From positions 153,630,371-153,694,370 of the forward strand of contig NC_068982.1 of the NCBI RefSeq assembly GCF_001194135.2: 64,000 nt of DNA, given 5' to 3'. The position numbers were made by a program, and so were the translations under genes. Shown here one piece after another: positions 39,578 to 53,699 of the stretch. The notes under the pieces are model-generated. The model did no database searches and was not told where the DNA came from. It was given only the letters and a program-made list of their open reading frames with translations. The stretch is from Octopus bimaculoides (lineage: Eukaryota). Numbering within the stretch: the first letter of the stretch is position 1; the number at the start of each line of letters is the position of its first letter.

Positions 39578-39637
39578 NNNNNNNNNNNNNNNNNNNNNNN
39601 NNNNNNNNNNNNNNNNNNNNNNNNNNNNNNNNNNNGC

Positions 39638-39765
39638 TTGTGTTACGTGGTTAAAGTATATATTTAAATTATGTCAGAAAAATGTTATAAAATTTTTTTG
39701 GTCCAAAAAATTTTATAACATTTTTCTGACATAATTTAAATATATACTTTAACCATATAACACAA
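39638..39765. repeat. near-perfect spacer-less palindrome (~63-bp arms)
   Basis: ...GGTTAAAGTATATATTTAAATTATGTCAGAAAAATGTTATAAAATTTTTTTGG-T-CCAAAAAATTTTATAACATTTTTCTGACATAATTTAAATATATACTTTAACC... Confidence 0.92.
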
Positions 39766-40189
39766 ACCTTCTGTAGTTTTTTCACTCTTATTATCTTTTA
39801 TATATATATATATATATATATCTCAGAGGATCAGAGAAATTGTAAATCAAATCCCTTTTTTTACTATCTTCATTTCTCCCTTGTTTTTATCCCTCTTAAC
39901 TCAGTATGACTGAAACTTTGATGATATTCATTTCTTGTCGATCACTACAAACACTAACGAGCTTTGTACACTTAAACAGATTGTTGTACAGTTTAAATAT
40001 CATGGACTGTTATGAACATTTAAACTTGTCAACATCGAATTTTTTTTTTAATGTTTTTCTAATTCATCATTCTAAAATCCAGAACATTTAATTTATAATA
40101 CAAATATATTGCAGAGTGCAGAGTAGTTATAATAGATGCGTAATGTCCCTTACACTTGTTTCTAGCATTGCTTTTCTGATAAGTTCCGA

Positions 40190-41765
40190 AATGTATACTC
40201 AATTATTATCAAAGAGTATATGAACTTCATCCACAAGGATCTAAGTATATCCTACAAAACTGTTGGAAAGTCCGCCTTGGATACTATTAACAATCACCAC
40301 TATGAGCTTATCCATAAATTGGAAGTCGACGACAGAACTGAATCCTATACCATTAAAGCACCCCCTCTTCAATATTGTTAGGACCATATATTGGGTTTTA
40401 ATATTAAGCCATCAATCACACTCATCGTTCCTACAAAATCTGATCTCGGACGAAACAGTTAGTATATTCTAGACTGGACTGCATCAATTGTCAAACACAA
40501 GCTGAATCTTAACCTTTGGTCATGCACGGGTGAAGTGATTACCTGGTTTCAGCTTCTCGAGAATAAGAATAGTTCCTCTTTCTTCCAGTTCGACATTAAT
40601 GACTATTATAGCTCTATCTCTCCTATCCTCATTAACAAAGCCTTTACCCTTGTTAGAAAGCTCACTAATATTACATCTCTAGAAATATATATTATACTAA
40701 GCGCTAAAAAGACTTTCATTGCTTTCAATAAGAAACTTCAGTATTTAGCCTCTAATAATGAATTCTTCGATATAACCATGGGCTCCTAAACTTGGCTTAG
40801 GTCGCTAACCTTGTCGAGCTGTATCACCTTCAGTAACTTCGTATGTGCTTCCTAGCAATCCATGATGGACTTTATTGTGATAACGTTCTTCTCGTAGCTA
40901 CCGGCCTGTCCAAACCAGCTCTTGAGAGAACTAGAAAAGCACTCCATAAGTTTTTTTTTCTTTTTGCAAAGTTGAGCCTAAATATTGCATTTGAGGATAC
41001 TACAAAAATAGCAAACTTCCTTGATGTAGCCCTAGAGCTAAAATGTTTTCTATATATTCTCTGTACCATAAGCCTAATGAATATCTCAGGTATATCAATG
41101 CCTTTTGTAATCACCATAGTTCTATTTTAAATAGCGTAATTAAGGGTATCTCTATTAGAATTTCTGATTTGTCGGTAGCTGAAAAAATATTTAATAACTA
41201 TGCTACCTATCATAATCAAGCACTATCCGTCAGCTGTTTCTCACAGAAAATAAGATGTTTGTCTAATACAAAGCTTAAGAACTATCTTACACAAAAAGAT
41301 CCTAATTCTATGCCCCGCAAAACAACGAATATAACACTACCCACTAGAGATAGGAGTATTCGACCTAATACCCCACTCAGTAACAATCAACCTACTGAAC
41401 GTATCCAACAGCTTTCCAAAGCCACCCCCCACCCCAAAAAATAACATACAAAATATAACCCTAAAGATAGAGTTGCATCCCAAATCCCCACTAGGAAATG
41501 GAATTCTACGCCTCCAAGATTACCTAATAAAAGAGCGGGCTAGAACCATACTTTGGTATGCACCCGCCCTCTCCTTAAATGTTAGGGGCCTATCATAGCA
41601 ATTTATTGTCATTATCAAATCTGACTTCCCACTTCACCATAAGTACCATTCAATCTTTAACAGATCGACGATTAAATTATCGTATTCAACAACACCTACT
41701 ATCAGATCTATCACAGCCGCATCTAATAAGCGCAAATTTAATAGACATAACCAACCACAACTAAG
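40190..41765 (+). mobile_element. Penelope-like element RT pseudogene
   Basis: PTKSDLGR..YILD...NLW..T.EVITWF, FFQFDINDYYSSIS, FFDITMGS, GLYCDN, NFLDVALEL, YHKPN...YINAFCNH, DFPLHHKYHSIFNRSTIKLSYSTTP. Many stops and frameshifts. Confidence 0.9.
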
Positions 41766-41775
41766 GATAATAAAA

Positions 41776-42137
41776 CTAATAATAATAATAATAATAATAA
41801 TACCAGGCAGTGGCTCTCATGGCTTCTGATCTTAATTGATTGGAAGTGTAATCATGTACATTGTTTTGTCTTGGTATAAAAAGATGGGCTACAGCAAATA
41901 TTCTGCTCAGTACCACAGATTTGCTTGTCAGTTGTTTGACCTTAACCAGTTGAGCATGTCCCTTGGTGGCTGACGATATGTGCATCTCTGATCATGAGCA
42001 GAAGTAGTGGGAGAGCATCATAGTCATGTGTTGAGAGGAATTCTTTGGGGTTTGAATAATTCACCTTTGTAAACATGGGTGTTTTGTTCAACATCCTCAA
42101 ACAAACCTTATTCAGGGACCTTTTGAGCGGGATGGGC
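41776..42137 (-). mobile_element. probable LINE 3' end/UTR terminating in a (TAA)n tract
   Basis: A non-AT-rich block starts sharply after (ATA)n at 41776-41801 and runs into a gap. The family is not identifiable from coding sequence. Confidence 0.5.
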
Positions 42138-42607
42138 NNNNNNNNNNNNNNNNNNNNNNNNNNNNNNNNNNNNNNNNNNNNNNNNNNNNNNNNNNNNNNN
42201 NNNNNNNNNNNNNNNNNNNNNNNNNNNNNNNNNNNNNNNNNNNNNNNNNNNNNNNNNNNNNNNNNNNNNNNNNNNNNNNNNNNNNNNNNNNNNNNNNNNN
42301 NNNNNNNNNNNNNNNNNNNNNNNNNNNNNNNNNNNNNNNNNNNNNNNNNNNNNNNNNNNNNNNNNNNNNNNNNNNNNNNNNNNNNNNNNNNNNNNNNNNN
42401 NNNNNNNNNNNNNNNNNNNNNNNNNNNNNNNNNNNNNNNNNNNNNNNNNNNNNNNNNNNNNNNNNNNNNNNNNNNNNNNNNNNNNNNNNNNNNNNNNNNN
42501 NNNNNNNNNNNNNNNNNNNNNNNNNNNNNNNNNNNNNNNNNNNNNNNNNNNNNNNNNNNNNNNNNNNNNNNNNNNNNNNNNNNNNNNNNNATAAATATAT
42601 ATATATG

Positions 42608-42660
<53 letters not shown>

Positions 42661-42994
42661 ATATGTGTGTGTAGAATCAACACCGTTTGACAGAATGGAG
42701 TAATGCTGAATCAATACATAACACTAAAATCAAAGTTACCGTGCCTCGGGTTCTAAACACTATTCAAAGTTGCGCGAACCAAAAACTTAACTCCTCAGTT
42801 TTTGATTAGTTAATGGATACATACTTATTTACTTTTGCTCAATATTAATGTTTCTTAATTTTATTTCTAGATTACAATCCTATTACAAGTATAGTTGATT
42901 ATGATTTATATAGCAGAAATCTATACTTTCTTCCTCTATATCATGTTCATCTTCTGCTGTCATAGATGCAGCTATTTCTGTTTCTATAATATTA

Positions 42995-43009
42995 TTATTT
43001 CCACCGTCG

Positions 43010-43060
<51 letters not shown>

Positions 43061-43104
43061 ACAACAACAACAACTACAACAGCAGCAGGAGCTGTAGCGG
43101 CTAC

Positions 43105-43162
<58 letters not shown>

Positions 43163-43225
43163 ATGGTGGTGGTGGTGGTGGTGGTGGTGGTGGTGGTGGT
43201 GGTGGTGTTGCTGCTGCTGGAGGAG
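42995..43225. repeat. compound microsatellite (CAT)n(AAC)n(AGT)n(GGT)n
   Basis: Directly visible. (TTA)n/(CAT)n also occurs at 43660-43800. Confidence 0.95.
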
Positions 43226-43746
43226 GGGAGAAGGCGGAAAAAGCGACATTATCACTGATGTTTTTATTTCTGTTTCAATAAAAATCACTTCTGTCTTATT
43301 TTGCAATTTGAGGTGATTTATATCCGTACGGTGAATTAGTTTTACCAATATCGTGCTGTCATCAGCTGGCTTTATCATTGACAATTCGCACATTGACAAA
43401 TGGTGAGATAAAACTATATTTCATGCAATTTCAATCGCAAAATTTTACATGTTCATGCTATATGATGTGTAGATTGCTATTATTGCTTCTGTTTTTCTTT
43501 TTGCTTTTTGTATTTTTTTTTTGTGGCTGCTTTTACATATTTTTCTTGTCTGCTGCTTTCGTGATAAGTGAGGACGTCTAAGTGGATGGAATCAATCGAA
43601 TTCAACAGAAAAGCTGTGGAAAATAAATGATGATATCTCTTCAGATATTTTCCCCTCCGTCGTTATTATCGTTATTCATATTGCATTTATTGTTATTATT
43701 ATTATTAGCATCATCATCAGCAGCATCATCAACATCATCATCATCA

Positions 43747-43799
<53 letters not shown>

Positions 43800-44275
43800 G
43801 CTTTCACTTTCGGTGCTGATGCTGTTTGTTATCGCCGTTACAATTGCATTTATTAATGCTGTGGCTGTTGTCTTTTTATTATCGAAGTGGATGCATTTTC
43901 TTTCTGTTTCATTTGATTCTGTTTCTTTTTTTTTGTTTTTTTTTGCATATATATATTTTCATCTGGATTATCCACTTAACTATGATCTGTTGTTTGACAA
44001 ATCAAAACTTTTAATAGACAGAATAATAAAAGTGTCTATAAACATCAACACATTTTGTTCTTAATGCATTACATGTACACGTCTAATGAGGTTAACACAA
44101 TTAGTTTTCTAACACATTCACAAGTTTTAAGCTTTTACGAATATCGCAGCAGAAAACTGAGCAATAGTTTTAAAATATTATTGGAGAAAAAATATATTTC
44201 ACTTTTCTAACATAACAAACAATATCGATTTCCGTTCGATAAATCAAACCAACTTTTATGAAAGANNNNNNNNNN

Positions 44276-44320
<45 letters not shown>

Positions 44321-46605
44321 GTACAAATACTACTTTTTATTTTAACATTGGCAGAATGCAGCTGTACAGCATATGAAACAATGGATACCGCTGTTCATGT
44401 TGGGTTTGCCTTTCAATGAGAAATTGAATGCAAGAGAGAGGAAATGGGCGAGATAAATAAAATAACTCAATTACATTTCTGGAATAAATTGATGCGCATA
44501 TATAAAAAGAAAAACTATCATGAAATATTCCACAGTAACTTGCAAATTTTCAGGAGAGCTTCACAAAAATTTGCAACCAACTTGCAAAGAAGTATTGTAT
44601 ATTTCAAAAGTTTATCACAAAATCAAAATATCATTGTAAAAATGATAATTATTTTTATACAGGTCAACTCCACGAGAGTTTGATGAATAATCAGTGTTTG
44701 GTATCAACTTCAAATAAGGGTAATCTGACAAAATAAATATATTTCTAATAGTCACAGATTCGGCCACGTTGAAGGGGAAATCATCTTATGCTTTGTACAG
44801 TATAAAAAATTAACTTCATTGCGAATACACTGTTTCGAAATGACTAAAGCACATGACCAGAAATTGAACTTACATAAGCTACATTTCTAGAATCTTCACT
44901 ATCTGGTCTGGTAAGAGTCAGATATATAGAAATGTTTTTAGATTTTAAAGCATTTTGAATCTAATAATTGTCAATCGAACATCAATATTTTATTTCTTTA
45001 AACATTACTTCACTGAATTAATAATTATATTACAGTGTGATACGACTGCGGGATTCAATTTCAATGAGGGAAGGAGTAATGATGTCATCTCCTACAACTA
45101 CAATAAAGTTATTTGATCTCTCGAGGAAGACACGTTTGAAGTAGAATAAGAATTCAGTTTCAGAAGTATAAATTTCAAAGAACATCGCGTAGAGAAATTC
45201 TTCGAAAAGATTCCATGGAAAAAATTGATAAATTGTAAGATTGATGAAAGAGTTATGGAAAAAGAGAAGGAAATATGGAAAGAAACAGTAAATCGGAAAA
45301 TGAGAGAAAATAGTTCTTGCTGCTTCTTCTAAATACGAGTGTTATACTAAATGGAATGCAGAAGTGGGCATAAATTTTGTTATTATTAACTGATATACCT
45401 TATTCAACTTACACATGTTAGACAAAAAATACTACTCACTATAATCTCCATCAAGGGCAATGCATTTGCGCCAACGCAACACACGAAGCCTCTTTGAAAA
45501 ACTCATGTTAGCACTATTGTCCCCCTTTTTACACACACTTTCACCTTGCTTGTTTCATGAAATACTTGTCATTTGCACTAACATGTAGATGACGGAGGGA
45601 ACATAATCCTGGATTGTACAGTGGATAAGTTACCACTGGCCAGCCCGATTTGCGCATATGCTTGATCTGTTGCTAAAAATGTGCATAATCACTCATTGTC
45701 ATCACTCATATAGATTGTTTTCAGATTCTTGTCAAGTTCCTTCATCTTTATGGATTTTGTATATTTTGGAGTCTCAGTGTACTATTCTCTGTTCACTGTA
45801 CAGTCGTCTGCCAAATAATCAAGGTAATGACAACTTTGGCACTCCCCTAGAGTGCCACCATGATTTTCTTTGCTGATCTTTGGTTCTTGAATATCTTAGA
45901 TCAGGGCATGATATGTGACGCCATTTATGGATAGCACTATCCTTTCTTGGTCTTAAAGACATGCCCACGTTACACCCACGTCATGAAGACGAAAAAGAAG
46001 AGCCTTCATTGATTTAAAATTCCTCCAGCTGATCAAAAGAGACTTCCAGTCTTCTGTCCTTTAAATCAGGTATCAGCTGCCGAGTGAACCATTCTTCACA
46101 CGCTTGCCAATATTTACATTCCCCCACTACTTTCTGAAACGCACTGTAACAATTATCTAGGTGCGTAGCAAGCTTGAGGTTTGTGAGTCGTCTGACCCCG
46201 TGAATCAATTCGTCCCCTTGCTAGCGAATGCAGTTATGAAGGTGTTGCGCTCAAAGAAAGTGGGTACACATATATGCATATATTATTTTATTGACCCCGA
46301 AGTAAAATCCTATCAAAGCCAGAAAAGTAAGCTGGCTTCGATAGAATTTAAAATCAGAGTGTAAACAGTGGGAACGATTTTTCGATTTAATTGAAAACCT
46401 CAGCAATTTCGAAGGCTGAAGTTGATTACAGCGATAGTTGTACTTCACTTTACTGATTTCAAAACTGTGAAAGGCACAGATATCTCGGCAAGATTAAACT
46501 CAGATTGATTGTATATAGTCACATCAATCACTGCAAGGAATTTTTCTAATGATTTAAAAGTTCTGTCAAGATACTGCTCTTAATAACAAAAATACTAAAT
46601 ACTTC

Positions 46606-46750
46606 AAATTTTGGCACAAAACTAGCAATTTTAGGGGAAATGTGTAAGTCAATTACATAGGCTCCAGTGCTCAGTTGTTACTCATTTTATTGACTACAAG
46701 CGAATGTAAGACATTGTAGACCTCGGTGGTATTTTAATTCAAAATGTAGA
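46606..46750 (-). mobile_element. degraded SINE family D fragment
   Basis: TTGGCACAA...AGTCAATTACAT..GCTCCAGTGCTCAG..GTTACTCATTTTATTGAC...GTAGACCTCGGTGG matches the reverse complement of the third unit at 24500-24700. Confidence 0.6.
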
Positions 46751-47149
46751 AACTTGGAAAAAAATCTCTCTTAAAATTGTGTCCGACGTGTTAATAATTG
46801 TGCCTACTCGACGCCGTTATCTCTTTTTTCTAAGTAATAAAAGGCCAGCTGGAGGGGTACCCACCTATCTTGTTATTTTTCCCCATACATTCCAGACGTA
46901 CATCGAAGAAGGCGTTACCATCACCACTAAAGAGCAGGATGTTCGCATAAAACATTTGAAGACGCCTATACAAAATTGACGGCCCTTTTCAGGGAGAAAA
47001 TTCATGGCGACTATGGAACAACGACGTACCGTCCGAGTCCATATTTCGAGGCTCAGGCCTTTTCGAAACTGTAGCATCAGCTCGCACCTAATCCCGGACC
47101 GAGTAAAAAATGCGACCACCTTGAAAAAATTTCATTCGAATGAATCAAC

Positions 47150-47299
47150 TGTAGTACTTATGTTCTTAAGCCTGGTACCTTTCTTATCGATCTTTTGCTG
47201 AACAATTAAGTTACGGGAACACAAACACACCAACACCGGTTGTCAAGCGACTGTGGGAGACAAACACAGACACGAAGTCACACACACACACAGACACAG

Positions 47300-47330
<31 letters not shown>

Positions 47331-47510
47331 TACTTATACATATACGACGGGCTTCTTTCAATTTCCGTCTACCAAATATACTCACAAGGCATTGGTCAGC
47401 CCAAGGTAATAGTAGAAGACACTTACCCAACGTGTCATGTTGTGGAACTGAACTCGGAACCATGTAGTTAGAAAGCAAGCTTCTTACCACGCAACCACGA
47501 CTGTGCCTAC
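47150..47510 (-). mobile_element. SINE family A (head plus most of body)
   Basis: Reverse complement of 13523-13870, with internal (CA)n. Confidence 0.85.
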
Positions 47511-47512
47511 AT

Positions 47513-47902
47513 GTTGTTGTTGTTGGCACTCCATCGCTTTCGACGTCGAGGTTTCCAGTTGATCCGATCAACGGAACAGCCTGCTCGTGAAATTAACGTG
47601 CAAGTGGCTGAGCACTCCAGCGACACGTGTACCCTTAACGTAGTTCTCGGGGATATTCAGCGTGACACAGTGTGACAAGGCTGGCCCTTTGAAATACAGG
47701 TACAACAGAAAGAGGAAGTAAGAGTGAGAGAAAGTTGTGGTGAAAGAGTACAGCAGGGTTCGCCACCATCCCCTGCCGGAGCCTCGTGGAGCTTTAGGTG
47801 TTTTCGCTCAATAAACACTCACAACGCCCGGTCTGGGAATCGAAATCGCGATCCTATGACCGCGAGTCCACTGCCCTAACCACTGAGCCATTGCGCCTCC
47901 AC
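47513..47902 (-). mobile_element. SINE family B, full length
   Basis: Near-identical reverse complement of 36680-37066 with a (CAA)n tail. Possible TSD TGCCT(A/G)CAT. Confidence 0.93.
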
Positions 47903-48981
47903 TTTGCCTGCATACATACATACATACATACATACATACATACATACATACATACATCATGAAACAAATCCAGCTCATAGAAATGTGACTGATGAAAGTC
48001 TAATTTATGCAATGCAAAAGAGAAAGACACTACTAAAGCTCGCCTTCCTCACAAACACCGATTCTCTTAGCGTCCCCATCTAATTTTTCGATTCTAAGCT
48101 TCCATCTTTATATTTATTCCAAAACAATATTACATGTAGATTTCTCCATTTTCAACATATTGCTTTTCATTTCTCCCGGCTACTGTTCTCCGCCTCCGCC
48201 AACTTATTGTTTTCTTCACTTTATTTGTGTCTAAATGTCCCTTTGCTTTCTATTACCATTACATTAGATCGCAGTCCAATATGTACAGATATATCCCTAT
48301 CATCTCTCTTTCTCTTCGTTTACTTTTGCATTCTGTATCATTTATTATTTACTATTTATACTATTTATACATTTATATTGTTACATCTCATTTTTCTGTA
48401 ACCCAAACACTTGAAACGGCTTTTGTATGATTTTTTTACAACATATACATCCATAACTTTACGAGTATATCCATATATGTACATGTGTATTAACATATAT
48501 GCATACATATAAGTTTGTGGACGTATCTGTTTGCATATATACATGTGTATGTTTGCATGCGTGCTTGTAGCTGCGCACGTGCGTGCGTAACGTATGTTTT
48601 CATACATTTTTTATTCTTTAATATATTTATGTATATTTTAACTCCCGCGCATCTTTTAAAATTTTGACTTTCTACATTTTATCTCTGCTTTTCCTCTCAT
48701 GTCGATACGGGTATATGTGTGTGTATATAAGAAATGCATTCGTATATATGTGGATGTTCTTTCCCAATATAATATGTTTTTCTTTATTGGATGCATGTGT
48801 GCAAATACCGAGTTGTAAACACACGAAACAACTTATGCAAGAATACAAATGTATATATAAATATGGGTATGTATGTGTATATGTACATGCGTGTATGTAT
48901 GTAAGCGCACATTTATATAATTATACATCTGTATATGTAAACTGTAGCTAAACAGACGGACATACGGACAGACAATCAAAC

Positions 48982-49046
<65 letters not shown>

Positions 49047-49546
49047 GCCCAGTATCCCCGAATATTTAAGCCCTCTGCACAACCACAAACTCCCGGTTTC
49101 AATTCCATTGCGTGTTCACTTGGGTACACGTCATTTCCTCGATTTGATGCGTACCTCATGAGCAGATTGGATGGACGGAATGTATATTGCACTTGTAATT
49201 CGGGCTGATTCTACCTGAGGATATTGTATATCGGTTTTGGAATACTCAGTCATCTAGATATTGATTCAGCATTATCGAACAAACAAATAAATTCTCAGCG
49301 CCGAACGACAGAGATCTACACCATATATATANNNNNNNNNNNNNNNNNNNNNNNNNNNNNNNNNNNNNNNNNNNNNNNNNNNNNNNNNNNNNNNNNNNNN
49401 NNNNNNNNNNNNNNNNNNNNNNNNNNNNNNNNNNNNNNNNNNNNNNNNNNNNNNNNNNNNNNNNNNNNNNNNNNNNNNNNNNNNNNNNNNNNNNNNNNNN
49501 NNNNNNNNNNNNNNNNNNNNNNNNNNNNNNNNNNNNNNNNNNNNNN

Positions 49547-49591
<45 letters not shown>

Positions 49592-49599
49592 GCATGTAC

Positions 49600-49900
49600 G
49601 TATACATGCATGCATATATGGGTAAAGGACGTAACCAACAGTAAACAACATGAAATACGAAAACAAATGAGTTCACTACGCAACCAACGAGAGAAACAAA
49701 TGAAAAGCAGGAAAGTAACATAAAGAACGACCCTTCATCAGTTTTCGGCTGTCTAACTACTCCTCATTTCGAGCACTGAACGACAATATGAGTCTTCGAA
49801 GCCAATTGCTCGCATAAGTACCAGAATAAAATTTGGGATTTATGGTTGTCAAAGTTGGCAACAAAAACAAGGCAGTAGAGACATACAAGTAAACCAAACG
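49600..49900 (-). mobile_element. unclassified dispersed repeat (diverged copy 2)
   Basis: Minus strand reads AATCCCAAATTTTATT...GCTCGAAAT...ACAGCCGAAAACTGATGAAGGGTCGTTCTTTATGTT, matching 9500-9630 and 63145-63275. Confidence 0.7.
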
Positions 49901-52759
49901 AAAACAAACCTAGTAGGTCGTTAGAGCAGAATGGGGGTAAAATAGCGAACGCTGGAAAAATATTTTCTTTGATAAGAGAAAGTATAGAAGAGTGAGATAG
50001 GATGTGTGCTGTCCTGAGGACAGTCCTGAAACAAAAGAAAGATGATCACGCGAAGAAGAGAAAGATGGGCGAGGGTCACGTGTGAGCAACGAGAGAGAAA
50101 CAGAGAAAGAAGGAAGGAGAGAGAGGGACAAATAGAAAACGGTGAAGGGGAGAAAAAAAGAAATTAGAGAAAGAATGGGAGAGAAGACAGTATAGAGTGG
50201 AGTCGCATCATAAAGATTAAGATAAACTTACTTGTAAATGGATTCGTGGTGTTCAAACAAATAATATAAATAAGATATATACACACACTGATATGTATAT
50301 ATGTCCGTGTGTATTTATCCTATGCATTTAGGTACGTGTGTATGTGCGCATGTATATATGTAAGAAATACAACCAGAAATCTTTGCGTCAGAAGCAGTTG
50401 ATTTTCTTGCCTTTGTTAAAACAACGTAGCAAATTTTGTCTATAATGTAGCTACGTTTCACAAACATTGGTAATAGCATTGTTACTGATACCACTACTAG
50501 ATATCAGTATGAATTAGGAATGAATCATGAGACATTATCTCGCATGATATGTTTTATTCAGATGAAGAAATGACTCGACTATGATGTATGTAAGGCCTTA
50601 GAATTTGAAGAAACGATTAGAGATTACGATTGAAAAGCACTTGTATTGTATCTCATTAAGATGTACAGTTGTTCTCAAACTGGAATTCGCATCCAGTAGA
50701 GAGAGTACCCTGCCACTGCGACCACGAAGCTGATGTTGAATTTGATACACATGATTGGGGTTAAACTGAAACAATCGTAGGAGACGAGTTTGTATGGTGC
50801 TATTCAGTCGGAGCAACCCCGGAACCACATGACGTCAAATTGCCTTGTGTTTACGCTATACATGGAAGGCTGTGACTGTTACGCTTTTAAAAAGTCTGAT
50901 AACCAAATTATTTTTGTACAAAGCATGTATGTATGACATATGTTTGTAAAGAATTTCGACTATCAGTCATGAAAATATATTTTGCCAAATTACATAATTC
51001 CATCAGCTTCAAAAAATGTATTGAAATCCCGGCTTATTCTAGTATTGTAAGTAGTAAACTTAATCGAATGCCCGATTTAATTCTACTACTTAATGTTTCG
51101 GTGCTAGTTTCAAATCCAAGAATAACCTCGTATGTCGGAGTCTGGAAAAGAATCATGGACGCTGCTCTCCCTTCCTTTGATTAAGCTCGTTGTTAAAAAA
51201 TAAACTTAAGATTATATTAGTGTTTCCACTTGTTGTAAATAAACTTCTCGTGGTTAACTGTCACTTAATCACTGGAGTTTTATAAAAGAAATTATATAGA
51301 TTTAGAGCCAAAATAAACAAGTACTTACAGATAGTCTCCTAGGAATGCTTTCTTTAAAAATTTTGTAGCGTCAGATACATGCGTTGTATTCTCAATTCCA
51401 TTCATAAACATGGTTGACCAGGTTTTATGAGACATTAAGTAAATATTTTTAAAAACATCTCTACAAGACGTTGCTCTTTTATTTCTCTATGGAATAGGGA
51501 AATACCGCAAACAGAAAGAACTGCTTCTTCTAAATGCTTTCTTACAGTGGAATTTAAAATTGTGTATGTCAGAGCTCCGCAAACGTGGATGAGAATTGAT
51601 TATTTTGAGAAAGTTCAAAACCGTTTTGCAAACACATTTCAGTATCGAGAACTTTTCTATTGATATATTTGTAATAACAGTGCTAAGAAATTTATCTTAA
51701 TTACAGAATTGTATGATAGCATGAGAAATCATAAAATATATAGTTTTCATTAAAAACTCATTATCCAACAGCCCTTTATCTCGAAAAATAGAGATTGAAG
51801 GCTGATGGAGTTCAGGGAGTAGTATTGCTTACTAGGTTTGCTACTCAGAGAGTCTACTTTGTTCATTTCTACACTTGGAGAACAAATGTAGATATATGCT
51901 CCTAAATATCCAATACTACTTAGAAACATTTTCGGAAAGAGTACAGCATATATTATTAGATTGCACAATACTAAATGTGACAAAATTCAGTTCGAGATAC
52001 AATAACTAAATTGTTTTACATGCAGTTGGATATGCAATTTAAACCCCTTCAAGTAAAACGCTTTGTGATACTCATATAAAACTCTGCATGTTGTAAACAA
52101 AAATGATAAATTGCAAATACTATGAATTTTATTCACACAGTCAATTTTGCATATTTCACATCGTACGGCTGACATCATTGTTGATATGATTTTCAATGGC
52201 AAACTGAAAGTAGTTTACATTTATATAAATTTTGATAAAGCAATAAAGAACGGCAAAGCTGTTGTGAAAATACGGGGTACGGAGCTGTAGAACTGCAGCG
52301 ATACTGCTGTTGAATTTTTTAAAAATCACGATGCTGATTTAGAAATGTGTTCAATTGCCCATTCTGAATTTGTGCAACTGGAACGATATATAACCACTTA
52401 CGTAAGTAGTGTTTAGGGAGTTTAAGAGCACTTTTGCAACATTGAAAATTTTATGAATGCTTTCCAAGACTACATAATTTGGGCGGGAAGGAACTCGTGA
52501 TGGAATTCTCAAATTATGAATTAAGAGAATAATAAAATAACAAGCAGGATAAAAAAAAAGCATATAATAATAGAACAGAGCTCACAAAGTAAAGCAAGTC
52601 CAAATTCAATACACTCCCAGCGCATCTCCAACAACACATAAAATGCAGAACCATCACCAAATAAAACAACACAACACATAACCTACACTTTCACCATCTA
52701 ATAACATCATACAATACATACTTTTAAATAATTGGCAACTGATTCTATAATAAATTACA

Positions 52760-53240
52760 CACACGACAAAACGTTTCTTATCTTGGGACTATTTGTTGAG
52801 AACGCTCCAGTTGTCATAGATACGGATGAATGCGTTCTGTATGTATCTGATCTAAGTCTAAAATAGGGAAGATTTCGGCGAGGAAACAAATCTCTGCATG
52901 CGACTTTCCTGTAGAAGTTAGTAGTGATGTCACTTCCCTCTGTGGTTCTGTGGTGGAAGCTGAGTAAGGAAAGGGATCTAGTGTTACTTCGATGTTGTGA
53001 TCTGGATACTATGTCATCATTCGTTTTCACGAATAATGTTAGCTTCTCCACGAGATTTTAATGCTCAGTATTTCTGGTAGACTGGATTCCATGGGTATAT
53101 TTGATGTCTCTGTAGAGAAAGCAGGGTAATGTAAGTGTTACACATGAAGAGGCTAGAAAGGATGGATGTTAGCGAAGAAGGCGAACCATTATAGCTGAAG
53201 CAGACGGTCATTAGGTTATCAGCGGAGGGCCAACTATATA
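52760..53240 (-). pseudogene. decayed Penelope-like RT fragment
   Basis: Minus strand reads TVCFSYNG...SILSSLFM...KTNDDIV...GSDITTNFYRK...HSS, resembling PLE RT motifs (F.FNG, SP.LA.LFM, YVDD, T.VYRKPT). Confidence 0.55.
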
Positions 53241-53575
53241 ATTCATTGTTTAGTAAGATAACACGATAACACCGTTAGTAGAATGTGTAGTGAGGAAGAT
53301 GAGAGGAAATAAAATAAAAATAAAATTAATTAAAATAAAGTAAAGCAGGATAATATACAATAAATTGGAGGGGAATAAAATGAAGTAAAACGATACGAAA
53401 TACAATAAATGTACAAGGAGGTTTGACTTTCTGTAATACAAAATTATTTTTAAAGATCACGGATATCAAAATATCAAAGGTTCGTGGATATAAAAGTTTT
53501 AAAAGTTTAAGCGGGTATTAAAGGAAATAAGTAGACGGATAGACAGAGGTGTAAATGGGTCGATAGCTAGCTAGC

Positions 53576-53643
<68 letters not shown>

Positions 53644-53699
53644 AGGATTCACAGTTTACCCTACATGTAGCGTGTGATCTGGAGTGAGCCTTGTAATTT

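Noticed and set aside
45180-45960. Very old LINE RT remnants (LADDC on minus; WKKLIN...IWK on plus), similarly KVQNRF at ~51610
   Set aside because: Too degenerate to support a call without profile searches.
46865-47119. Mariner-like minus-strand ORF (MVAFFTRSG...)
   Set aside because: Only a vague motif resemblance; no catalytic motifs could be confirmed.
47989-47995. Isolated CTGATGA
   Set aside because: There is no stem II plus GAAA arrangement downstream.
50730-50779. CTGATGT...GAAAC-AATC-GTA
   Set aside because: A9 is mutated and neither stem I nor stem II pairs.
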